Part shown: one piece after another, positions 50,539-59,335 of the stretch
Layout: the number at the start of each line of letters is the position of its first letter
Numbering within the stretch: position 1 is the first letter of the stretch
From: a virus
Lineage: Duplodnaviria > Caudoviricetes
IMG/VR virus record: IMGVR_UViG_3300031994_000057
Location: 1-64,000 of that record
Reading direction: 5' to 3' (one strand)
Length of the DNA stretch: 64,000 nucleotides
Program-made: the position numbers and the translations under genes
The notes under the pieces: model-generated
What the model was told of the DNA's origin: nothing
The model's database searches: none
The model's input: only the letters and a program-made list of their open reading frames with translations

Positions 50539-50566
50539 AGAAAGAGGAGCACATACTTCTCTTTCT
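50539..50566 (+). terminator. hairpin terminator of cassette H
   Basis: agaaagaggag/cttctctttct plus T-run. Confidence 0.7.
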
Positions 50567-50665
50567 TTTTTTTACGTAGGGTCTATAGATTGAGTCTTAA
50601 CTTTATTATAATATGTATATTTAGTAAAAATTTATATATAATAATTCTAAAAGGAGGATTATACT

Positions 50666-51463
50666 ATGTCATATATTACACCCGGTACAGACGGCAAATG
50701 GTATCCTGAAAAGGAACCTGTAATCCCTCGTGTATATCATGAACATCTCTCAGAAGAGCAACTTTTAAATTTATACAGCCCTACTGAGATCCAATCTTTA
50801 TATAACAAAGCGTACTTTGTATCTAATCCTAATGCATTTCCTGCTAACGGATATCTTGGAGCAAAGTGCGAATATGTAGACAAATGTCAGAGCGGAGCTC
50901 GCCTTAAACCTGGTTCAAAGACAACTAATCAGGTTATTAAGTCTATGAGAATTAGAAACCTTGGTACAGCGAAAGCATGGGTTAGATTATTCATTGCTAT
51001 CCCTTCAATTCTTGATGATGCTCAGCCCGATTTCGATGCTTCCAAGAATGTACTTCATTTCAATACAGATTCTGCTAAGGGTCTTGCTGAAGGACAGTGG
51101 AACTATGGTAAGGCTATGGATAGAGCAGCTGGCGCATATGTTGGACCTTCTGGTTGGAACTTTTATGCTACAACTATCAAGGGTATCGCTTACAATGTAT
51201 ATGTAGCTACACTTGAGACAGCTCTTATGCCTGGACAGCTTTCATCTGAAGCAGTATTCCAGGTATATCTTGATGCTAAGTGCTCTGAAGATGATATCAT
51301 TAAGATCAATAAGACATTCGGAACAGATAAGTGGCAGATGTATGCTGCAGCTGAAGCTGTTGCTGCTGAAGGTATTGATGAAGATGATACAGAAGATGCA
51401 TTCACAGCATTCGCTAAGATTTATGAAGAAGTAGGCGAAGGAAAGCATAATCCTTTTGCTTAA
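50666..51463 (+). CDS. TasA/CalY-like domain protein lacking the signal peptide
   Basis: IRNLGTAKAWVRLFIAIPSILDD...NVLHFN...YNVY...AEAVAAEG..DAF recalls Clostridial SipW-dependent proteins; AACT-N6-TA at 50599-50610. Confidence 0.55.
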   Translation: MSYITPGTDGKWYPEKEPVIPRVYHEHLSEEQLLNLYSPTEIQSLYNKAYFVSNPNAFPANGYLGAKCEYVDKCQSGARLKPGSKTTNQVIKSMRIRNLGTAKAWVRLFIAIPSILDDAQPDFDASKNVLHFNTDSAKGLAEGQWNYGKAMDRAAGAYVGPSGWNFYATTIKGIAYNVYVATLETALMPGQLSSEAVFQVYLDAKCSEDDIIKINKTFGTDKWQMYAAAEAVAAEGIDEDDTEDAFTAFAKIYEEVGEGKHNPFA

Positions 51464-51577
51464 TCTCTTTGTAGATATATCACCTTTCTATTTTAAGGCA
51501 TTCATTAAAAAAACGTGATCTCTCGGGATTAAATATCCCGAGAGATTATTTTTTATTATCGTACTAACCTTAATATA

Positions 51578-51880
51578 ATAAAAATCGGTATGGACAAAAT
51601 TGTTCCTAGCCAGACAATTATATACCGATTATTTTTTGCCTCTCTCGTTCAGATGATGGGAGGGGGTGATTTGAACGAGAAATGTACAAATTAGTTTTAC
51701 TTCCATTCTTTAATCTGGAATTGCCATTTTTGAAAAGCTCCATAAATAATATAACAATGACTCTAAAGTTCGCATATTGACACGTACATCAAATCCCCCT
51801 CCAATTACTAAGACAATAAGGTTACTAAATCTCATTGTTTCTTCTTTCTTCTGTTGAGGGCTAGAAATAGCCCTCATATT
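51578..51880 (+). ncRNA. candidate ~300-nt structured RNA or small-ORF mRNA
   Basis: AACC-N6-TA at 51566-51577; stems aatcggtat/ataccgatt and tctcgttca/tgaacgaga; GGAGGGGG complement at 51789-51802; terminator 51856-51875. Confidence 0.45.
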
Positions 51881-51991
51881 TTATTTGTAAAATATTACAT
51901 TTTAATATGATTAAAATGGTAGTAAAAATAGTAAATAATTACACACTCTATAACAGAAATATAATAGAATATATCAGAAAGGACAACTGAT

Positions 51992-52171
51992 ATGCAAAAA
52001 GATACATTTATAGCCGTACTTAAGGATAATGATCCTGAAAAGATGATGGAATATTTACTTAATAACGGCAAGAAGCCTAAACCTTTTAATCCGTTTAGAC
52101 TTCTTTCATCTAAAGAAATGGAGGAATTAAAAGATGGAACAAACAATGAAAGACTTAATGAAAGAGATTAA
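51992..52171 (+). CDS. 59-aa hypothetical protein
   Basis: Hand-translated MQKDTFIAVLKDNDPEK...; AAAGGA RBS. Confidence 0.65.
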   Translation: MQKDTFIAVLKDNDPEKMMEYLLNNGKKPKPFNPFRLLSSKEMEELKDGTNNERLNERD

Positions 52172-52631
52172 GGAAGTAACAGCTAAACAGAGAGGTGCAT
52201 CTAAGGTAGATGAAATCAGAGTTATGAGAACTATGCTTAATGACCCTGACTTTACTGTATCTGTTTATGACAAGAGTAAAGGATTAATTGGTTCTCGCTG
52301 TCCTAGAGAAGAAGCTATTAAGTTTGCTAGTAATCTTTGCTCATCTGTAACTGGTATCGATAGCAAGTCTGCAGATGAACTCGCAGCTAATTATGAGTTT
52401 ACTAAGAAGGATGCTATCTTCATGATTGATAATGCAAAGTCATTCATCCAGACTTATACTTCCACAATGCGTAAGTTGCCTATAATTCAGACAGAAGATT
52501 CACAGGCAGAGATCTTTACAAGACCTGTAGAAGCTAAGACTAAGGTTATTCCTAGCACAGGAAAGACAACAACTGTCCCTGCTTATACTAAGATTATCTG
52601 CAAGTCAAAATGTCCTAAGTATGCTAAATAA
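52134..52631 (+). CDS. possible HU/IHF-like DNA-binding protein
   Basis: C-terminal RPVEAKTKVIPSTGKTTTVPAYTKI resembles the HU beta-arm; GGAGG RBS. Confidence 0.4.
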   Translation: MEQTMKDLMKEIKEVTAKQRGASKVDEIRVMRTMLNDPDFTVSVYDKSKGLIGSRCPREEAIKFASNLCSSVTGIDSKSADELAANYEFTKKDAIFMIDNAKSFIQTYTSTMRKLPIIQTEDSQAEIFTRPVEAKTKVIPSTGKTTTVPAYTKIICKSKCPKYAK

Positions 52632-52677
52632 TTAAATATAGAAAATAAGTCATAGGAGTATTATACTCCTATGACTT

Positions 52678-53325
52678 TTATTTATTTAATTCATTTAAAA
52701 GATTATCTATTTCTTTAATAGAAATATCAAATGCATATATAAGTGCTTCTTCCAATTTTATTCTAAATGATAACAAATCGTTTTCATATTTGATAAATTG
52801 TTTAACGATTTTTTCATCATTTATTATTTTAATAGCATTATCAAAATATTTTGATTCATTATATTTATAACTCTTTTTATCTTCGTTAATATTTTTATTA
52901 TAAATATTAAGTTCATTCTTTACACTATTTAAATCATATTTTAATTTGTTAATAATTTTACTACGATTTTTATTATTAATTTCTATCTCAAATAATTGTA
53001 TTGAAGCATCTTTATATGATTTACCGTTTAAATTTTCTGCAAGTTCTGATTTAATTTCTTTTAATTTATTAATATTATTATTAATTAAATCATTCCATTC
53101 TTTAATAGTTACTGATTTATCATCATTTTTATTAAATTTAAAATATAATATAGGATCTTCATCAAAATCTTCATAGGAATCAATTTCTGATATTGCTGTT
53201 ATTAATGGACAATTATCAGATAAATATTTATATGATTTTTTAATCGTACTATCATCTTTCTTTTTAAAAATATTTAATGATTCATTTATTACGCCATATC
53301 CGTAAAATTTATCACCATATATCAT
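52678..53325 (-). CDS. Asn/Lys/Ile-rich hypothetical protein
   Basis: AGGAGG RBS; AACA-N6-TA upstream; very AT-rich. Confidence 0.7.
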   Translation of the reverse strand: MIYGDKFYGYGVINESLNIFKKKDDSTIKKSYKYLSDNCPLITAISEIDSYEDFDEDPILYFKFNKNDDKSVTIKEWNDLINNNINKLKEIKSELAENLNGKSYKDASIQLFEIEINNKNRSKIINKLKYDLNSVKNELNIYNKNINEDKKSYKYNESKYFDNAIKIINDEKIVKQFIKYENDLLSFRIKLEEALIYAFDISIKEIDNLLNELNK

Positions 53326-53443
53326 TATATTATCCTCCTAATATATATTATTATAAAAATGTTTTTTTTTTGATTAATGTATAGAATATATTTTTTCTTA
53401 ACTGGATAACTTTATAGTAATTGACTATTAGGAGGAGATAACA

Positions 53444-53587
53444 ATGACAGAATCCGAGAAATATAATATAGTCGAACAAGAAAAAGAGAGAGTGCTTGTT
53501 ATGATGAAAGCATCTGTACAACAACTTCTTTTACGAAAGTGTATGAAAGATTGGGAGAGGAAGAATAACAATGGCTCAGATAATTAA
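53444..53587 (+). CDS. 47-aa hypothetical protein
   Basis: AGGAGGAG RBS; AACT-N6-TA at 53408-53419. Confidence 0.65.
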   Translation: MTESEKYNIVEQEKERVLVMMKASVQQLLLRKCMKDWERKNNNGSDN

Positions 53588-54284
53588 CCATGATAAAGAA
53601 TATCCTGCAAAATGTGAAGAGTATATGAAATATATAGATAATCATAGAGAAAGAGTAAAGACCGCTTACTGTATGTATTTCAAAGATAAAGTTGGCATTA
53701 TATTTGAAAAGGTCTTTAATGAATCATGTACAGACCTGGGATTATTAGTGCCACAAATAGAATACCAAATAGAAAATCATGATATGTCTAAGTATGGTGA
53801 TGAAGAGTTTGAAGGATATAGAGCACACTTTAATCCAACCGCTTTAGAAGTAGAGAAGATGAATGATGATTCTGAATTCAAAGATTTGATTCAGGAGAAT
53901 TTTGATCAGGCATGGTTACATCATCAGCAGAATAATGATCATCATCCTCAATTCTGGGCTTGGAATAAACTTGAAGGTAGTAAATGGATTATATTAGATC
54001 AAATGAAACCAAAGGCTACATTGGATGATGGTATTATAGATATACCTTTCAATTGTATAATATGTATGCTATGTGATTGGGCAGCGATGTCTAAAGGTGA
54101 TAATGATTTTAATTATATTCCTTGGATGATTTCTGATGATTCTAGAGATGAGATTGATTTATTAACTGGAGATACCAGAGATATTATTGTAAAGATTACT
54201 GAGTTAATTTTACCTGGTGAATATAATAAATATAAAGATCAAATTGAACAAAAGTTTTATGGAGATGATAATAAGGAGGAATAA
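53571..54284 (+). CDS. HD-superfamily phosphohydrolase (DUF5662-like)
   Basis: H..V, HDMSKY, AWLHHQQNNDHHPQFW and MLCDWAAM. Confidence 0.65.
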   Translation: MAQIINHDKEYPAKCEEYMKYIDNHRERVKTAYCMYFKDKVGIIFEKVFNESCTDLGLLVPQIEYQIENHDMSKYGDEEFEGYRAHFNPTALEVEKMNDDSEFKDLIQENFDQAWLHHQQNNDHHPQFWAWNKLEGSKWIILDQMKPKATLDDGIIDIPFNCIICMLCDWAAMSKGDNDFNYIPWMISDDSRDEIDLLTGDTRDIIVKITELILPGEYNKYKDQIEQKFYGDDNKEE

Positions 54285-54287
54285 TAG

Positions 54288-55586
54288 ATGAATGCTTCTA
54301 CATATGCACATAGTGTGACTATTAGTTTCCTTCTACATAATCAAGTAACAGAGATTAATCCTAATCATATAAAGTATATTATAATCGAAAGTAATTATGA
54401 GCAGATTTTTATGCCTGTTATTTATATTTCGATGTCTATAAACAGGGATACTTATTCTAAGATAGTTAATAATGAGAAAGAAGGTAAGATATATCTCAAG
54501 ATAGATAAATATAATGAGTATTCTCAGAATAAATTATATAAAAAATATCTTGAAGGACAATTTACTTACTTAACTTCAAATAACAACCCTAACTATGCTG
54601 AAGACTTATCATCATCTGGTAGTGGTAGTGATATTTATGTAACTATTAATCTTGCATTAATGAGTATGGATATCTTGAATAAAGAGAAGAGATCTTTTAA
54701 TGGTATCTATAAAGATATAGACCAAGGAACTCTAATCTTAAAAGCATTTGAAGATTTAGAATCTGTTATATCTCCTTTGAAGTTTAATCCTCATTATAAG
54801 AATATCATGATTCCGCCTCTATCTTCAATACATAAATACTTATACTATCTATATGACATGTGTCCATTCTATGATACGAACTATATGTTTTTCATGGATT
54901 TCAATAGAACTTATTTATTGGACTATTCTGGTGATTATTGTCCTTCTAGAGATGGTCAGAAACATACTGTTATCTTGGATATAAATTCTGTATTAAGTGA
55001 AAAAGCATATTATGAAGGTATGGAAGAAACTGATGAAGAATACCATATCTACATAAATCCCTCATACAGTACAATCGGTTTGAATAAACACTCAGATAAG
55101 ATAATAAATCAGTTAGTATTTATAGATGATGAAGGAGATATTCAAAAAGTAGATATTAACGTAAATGCTTCACCTGATTCTGCTGTTAAACAGAGTTTTA
55201 TCAGAGGAGAACATGCTAAACTTTATATGAACGTCATGAACTCTTCTGCTGAAGGTGTTGAAGTAATGAAAGAAGGTATGGATAGTTCTATTCTCACTCC
55301 AAATAAGATGTATATGGTTAATAATACCAAAGACCATTCATGTGATGGTAAGTATTGTCTTATAAACAAGAGAGAAGTTATCAGAAATATGTCTGGTACT
55401 TTTAGAAATTCTATATCTCTTGGTTTACGTAAAGTAGGAGTTGTATTACCTCTTAGAGATGATGTAGAAGCAAGAGCAGTATATGATAATGCCTCTGCTG
55501 TATATCGTCAGAAGAATACTATAACAGAGAATACAACTAGGGAAATTTTAACTAATAATGGTACTAAAATAACAATAAATGGATGA
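54288..55586 (+). CDS. putative baseplate/tail hub protein
   Basis: 432 aa, beta-rich; IIIESNYEQIFMP N-terminus; precedes the tail-fibre region. Confidence 0.35.
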   Translation: MNASTYAHSVTISFLLHNQVTEINPNHIKYIIIESNYEQIFMPVIYISMSINRDTYSKIVNNEKEGKIYLKIDKYNEYSQNKLYKKYLEGQFTYLTSNNNPNYAEDLSSSGSGSDIYVTINLALMSMDILNKEKRSFNGIYKDIDQGTLILKAFEDLESVISPLKFNPHYKNIMIPPLSSIHKYLYYLYDMCPFYDTNYMFFMDFNRTYLLDYSGDYCPSRDGQKHTVILDINSVLSEKAYYEGMEETDEEYHIYINPSYSTIGLNKHSDKIINQLVFIDDEGDIQKVDINVNASPDSAVKQSFIRGEHAKLYMNVMNSSAEGVEVMKEGMDSSILTPNKMYMVNNTKDHSCDGKYCLINKREVIRNMSGTFRNSISLGLRKVGVVLPLRDDVEARAVYDNASAVYRQKNTITENTTREILTNNGTKITING

Positions 55587-55680
55587 CCTATGATGGTCAT
55601 CCATTTTATTTTTTATCTTCTAATAATCTCTAAAACTATTTAACTTTTTAATAAATTACTTAAAGGAGGAATAAAGCCTT

Positions 55681-56379
55681 ATGTTGTTAGATATAAAATA
55701 TGACGTCATTAATAGCCTTTTAATTAAGCTTAGATTTGACGATAATTCTGTTAAAGAAGCTCGTGTATCTATTGGTGATGTTGTTAATTGCTCATATAAC
55801 AAAAATGGTATGCGTAAGACCATTGAAGGTGTAGTTAAGAGAATTGCTACAGAGAACAATCCTTGCAACTGTCCTAAGTGGTATATGTATGTAGATTCTA
55901 GTAAGACTGGATTTGCAGCTGTTGAAAAGATTGAAGTTGATAAGATTCTTGATATTGATGTATTAAGAAAGGGTGCTGGATTAATGGTTATCCATACACC
56001 TGGAAATAGAATGATGGTATCTGACTTCAGAATCAATGGCAATTACTTACAGTGTAGCCCTGACTACGGTAAGCATTGGTTTAAGGTTGCAGAACTTAAA
56101 TGTGATACTTATGACGTTCCTGCAGAATATCAGGAACTTGCAGCTAAGATTGCTTCATTATTACCTGCTCATATGAATCCTGGTCTTAAGGCAGACTTAG
56201 TTGTTAAATTAGTATTACTCTTTAAGGATGAGAATCCTGAAGATATTGATATCAGAAGAATCGAAGAGAAGCTTGACAACACAATTGAAGATGTTGCTGA
56301 GAATACTTCCAATATCAACTATGTAACCAATAATTATGCATTAGCTGAACAGGGAGATGAGACATCTGATGATTTCTAA
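55681..56379 (+). CDS. hypothetical virion protein
   Basis: AAAGGAGG RBS; AACT-N6-TA at 55642-55653. Confidence 0.75.
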   Translation: MLLDIKYDVINSLLIKLRFDDNSVKEARVSIGDVVNCSYNKNGMRKTIEGVVKRIATENNPCNCPKWYMYVDSSKTGFAAVEKIEVDKILDIDVLRKGAGLMVIHTPGNRMMVSDFRINGNYLQCSPDYGKHWFKVAELKCDTYDVPAEYQELAAKIASLLPAHMNPGLKADLVVKLVLLFKDENPEDIDIRRIEEKLDNTIEDVAENTSNINYVTNNYALAEQGDETSDDF

Positions 56380-56629
56380 TGAATATCCTCACAAAAGTGA
56401 AGAACCAGTTAAACCTCAATTAGGTGTATTCATAGGTTCGGATGACTCTAATTATAAGAGAAAACCTGTATATCCTAGAGTATACCATAAACATTTGAAT
56501 ACTCAGACTCGTAATACCATATACGGTGAACAAGCCGATTCGTTATATGGTAATGTAACTGGATTAGAGATAGCAGAATTAAGCGCAGCGCAAATAGATT
56601 TCCTACTTGCAGAACAAAGAGACTATTAA
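56357..56629 (+). CDS. small protein sharing the PVxPRVYHxHL motif with 50666..51463
   Basis: KRKPVYPRVYHKHL versus KEPVIPRVYHEHL. Confidence 0.65.
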   Translation: MRHLMISNEYPHKSEEPVKPQLGVFIGSDDSNYKRKPVYPRVYHKHLNTQTRNTIYGEQADSLYGNVTGLEIAELSAAQIDFLLAEQRDY

Positions 56630-56705
56630 AAAGATAGATTAGAAGAGGAGATTTTTAATCTCCTCTTCATACTTGTTTAAATATTATGAAAGGAGAACAT
56701 TAAAT

Positions 56706-57494
56706 ATGCCAACGGAATTAAAAACAGACTTTAGATTTAAGCGTGGCACAAAAGATGGCTTAGAGCATTTAGCCGTTGAAAATGGATCTCTTAATTTTAC
56801 TATTGACACTCAAGAATTCTATGTAGATATAGATGATCGTAGATTAACTATAAGTGGTGTAGAGTTCTATAATACTGAAGCAGAAATTAAGGCTTTAACA
56901 ATTCCTGGTGACAAGATTTATGTCGCCAAAAATACAAGACGAATATTAGCATATGATAAAGTTCAAGAGGACTGGATATACTTATCCAGTTCGGGTTTAT
57001 CTATCGGTACTTGTTCTACATTAGGAGATGTAAAAGATAAGGTTGTTACTATAGCTGGTGACTTTGTATTAGATACAGGAGCTACAATTGTAGTTAAGTT
57101 CGCTAATACAAATACTTATAGTGCTACACTTGAGAATCATATCACTCTCAATGTAAACAATACTGGTGCCAAAGACATTTACTATGGAAATTCAGCCTCA
57201 CCCACTGGAACTATTCCTATTGCATTTGGTGAAGAGAATGTTCTCATTCAATATATGTATGATGGAACTTATTGGGTTTGGATGGGATCTTCTAAAGATC
57301 AGAATACACAATATTCTGAAATGGATGAAACTGAAGCTAAGATTGGTGAATCTACTGTAGCTAAGGTTTTATCAGCAAGAACTTTAAATGCTGCTATAGA
57401 GAATAAGAATTGGGATGGAACTGTTAGTGAATATGAAGATATCACACATCCTGATCCTACGATAAATTATTTCATAGTACCAGATGAAGAATAG
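56706..57494 (+). CDS. tail fibre / receptor-binding associated protein
   Basis: GTCSTLGDVKDKVVTI..GATIVVKFANTNT module typical of Firmicutes phage fibres. Confidence 0.6.
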   Translation: MPTELKTDFRFKRGTKDGLEHLAVENGSLNFTIDTQEFYVDIDDRRLTISGVEFYNTEAEIKALTIPGDKIYVAKNTRRILAYDKVQEDWIYLSSSGLSIGTCSTLGDVKDKVVTIAGDFVLDTGATIVVKFANTNTYSATLENHITLNVNNTGAKDIYYGNSASPTGTIPIAFGEENVLIQYMYDGTYWVWMGSSKDQNTQYSEMDETEAKIGESTVAKVLSARTLNAAIENKNWDGTVSEYEDITHPDPTINYFIVPDEE

Positions 57495-57507
57495 GGGGTA
57501 ATGAATT

Positions 57508-58761
57508 ATGAAAACATTAAGAATTTGTAATTCAGAATTCTTGCCCGTATATCAAGATAGATCTCCTGATTACATATATTTCTTATATGATAAATTAGAG
57601 ATCTATATCGAAAAGACACAGTATTTTGGATTGTATACTATTATAGATACTCTTCCTGATGCTAGTGATCCTCATGATAAACCTGTTCCCAATATGCTTT
57701 ATATCACTATGGATGGAGATGTTCATGTATTTGATGATGAACACTGGAGAACCATTGCTGAGATAGAAGATGCTAGTCAGACAGAATATCTGACCAAGGC
57801 AGGTACTACATTCTTAATTAAATCTGGATATAGATACATTGATTCACAACAGAAGGTATTATGCTTACCATATCAGAATGGTGTATACCAATTATCTGTT
57901 ATAGTAGATAAACCTATTATGATAGATAACCAGACTATCATTGTTTATAATGAAGAGACTGGTCATTTTGAAATTGATGGTGAGAGATACTATGATGAAT
58001 TTGGTCGTAATCCTGAAATAATGAAGTATACGGCAGATGAAACTAATACTGTCAAGACTTATATTCAGAATGACCATATTCATGCCGATGTAAAGTTATC
58101 TGCTAAGGTGGGTAATACTATTCAGATTAGAACTGATGGTTTATACGTTGGTGAGAAAGACTTTGCTTCTATACAAGAATTTGAAGCATTAGTAACAAGA
58201 GCACAGGCTCAGATGACTGCTTTCAATTCTTATATGACTAATATTGAAGAAGCATTAGCTCATGTCGATATTACTCTTAGTGATGAGACTCTTAGAATGA
58301 AGATTCATGAATCATTACAAGATTATCAGTCAAATATCGATGAGGCTATTAATAATTATGCAGAAATAGTTGCTAGATATGAAGAATTAAAACAACAGTT
58401 AATCAATCATATCTATGAAACTTTAAATGAGTATAGAGTAGATACTGTAGATAGAATTAATCAGATTGCTAATGCATGGAATATGATGATTCCATACTTC
58501 AAAGCAACTCTTACAGCTACTCCAGATGGTTATGATCCTGCATTCTATGGTTTAGATATAGATGATGAGAATAAAGTTTACTATAAACTTGGTCAAGAGT
58601 ACTTATATCCTGATCAGAATATTGCTGATTTAGGATATACACAGATAGATCCTCATACTATGATGAATCTTAATCCTGGAGATGTGGTTACATTCTGCTA
58701 TGCTCATATTAATAATGATATTATAGAAGCCAAATCTTGTGCGATTTGTGTTGCTGAATAA
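57508..58761 (+). CDS. tail-associated protein with coiled coil
   Basis: 417 aa within the fibre cluster. Confidence 0.6.
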   Translation: MKTLRICNSEFLPVYQDRSPDYIYFLYDKLEIYIEKTQYFGLYTIIDTLPDASDPHDKPVPNMLYITMDGDVHVFDDEHWRTIAEIEDASQTEYLTKAGTTFLIKSGYRYIDSQQKVLCLPYQNGVYQLSVIVDKPIMIDNQTIIVYNEETGHFEIDGERYYDEFGRNPEIMKYTADETNTVKTYIQNDHIHADVKLSAKVGNTIQIRTDGLYVGEKDFASIQEFEALVTRAQAQMTAFNSYMTNIEEALAHVDITLSDETLRMKIHESLQDYQSNIDEAINNYAEIVARYEELKQQLINHIYETLNEYRVDTVDRINQIANAWNMMIPYFKATLTATPDGYDPAFYGLDIDDENKVYYKLGQEYLYPDQNIADLGYTQIDPHTMMNLNPGDVVTFCYAHINNDIIEAKSCAICVAE

Positions 58762-58818
58762 GGTACATATTATATTGTAGATTTTAACATTGATATAATA
58801 TGGTGAAAGGAGACTACT

Positions 58819-59253
58819 ATGTCCGTTGTATCATCATTTGCAAAGATTCGACCTCGTAGAGGTACTCTGGCTAACTGGTCAGTTGAAAATCCTTTACTTG
58901 ATGAAGGCGAATTTGTAATGGAAGTTCCTGATGCTGGTATCGGTACAGGACTTACTAAAATAAAAGTTGGAGATGGTATTCATAGATATAATGAATTACC
59001 TTACTCTTTTGATGCAACTTCTGCTGCTAGTATTATCGGTGGTGGTGTTACATCATTTAATATGATCCAGATTCGTTCTGGTTCAAATTCTGAATGGAAT
59101 GAAGTTGATCCTATTATTGCTACTAATGAAATTGTTTATGACCAGACTTATAATTCTATTAAAATCGGTGACGGTGTTAAGAGATACTCTGAGTTATCTT
59201 TCATTAATGCAGCAGCAGTATTAGAAGATATCAATGCTGGTTCAGAAGGTTAA
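58819..59253 (+). CDS. tandem Mtd_N/hyaluronidase-N-like domain protein
   Basis: PRRG..GEFVME..KIKVGDG..YNELPY, then a second KIGDG..YSEL copy; AACA-N6-TA at 58786-58797. Confidence 0.7.
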   Translation: MSVVSSFAKIRPRRGTLANWSVENPLLDEGEFVMEVPDAGIGTGLTKIKVGDGIHRYNELPYSFDATSAASIIGGGVTSFNMIQIRSGSNSEWNEVDPIIATNEIVYDQTYNSIKIGDGVKRYSELSFINAAAVLEDINAGSEG

Positions 59254-59335
59254 TTGTTAATTAAGAATTGTAGTTATGCCAGTTTCTATAATTCTATAAT
59301 TATAAAAAAAAAATAAATTAAAGGAGAAAAATATT

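Noticed and set aside
49073-50570. MITE/IS or retron interpretation of the terminal inverted repeats
   Set aside because: No target-site duplications, transposase or reverse transcriptase in the window; the repeats begin at predicted transcription starts, inside the promoters.
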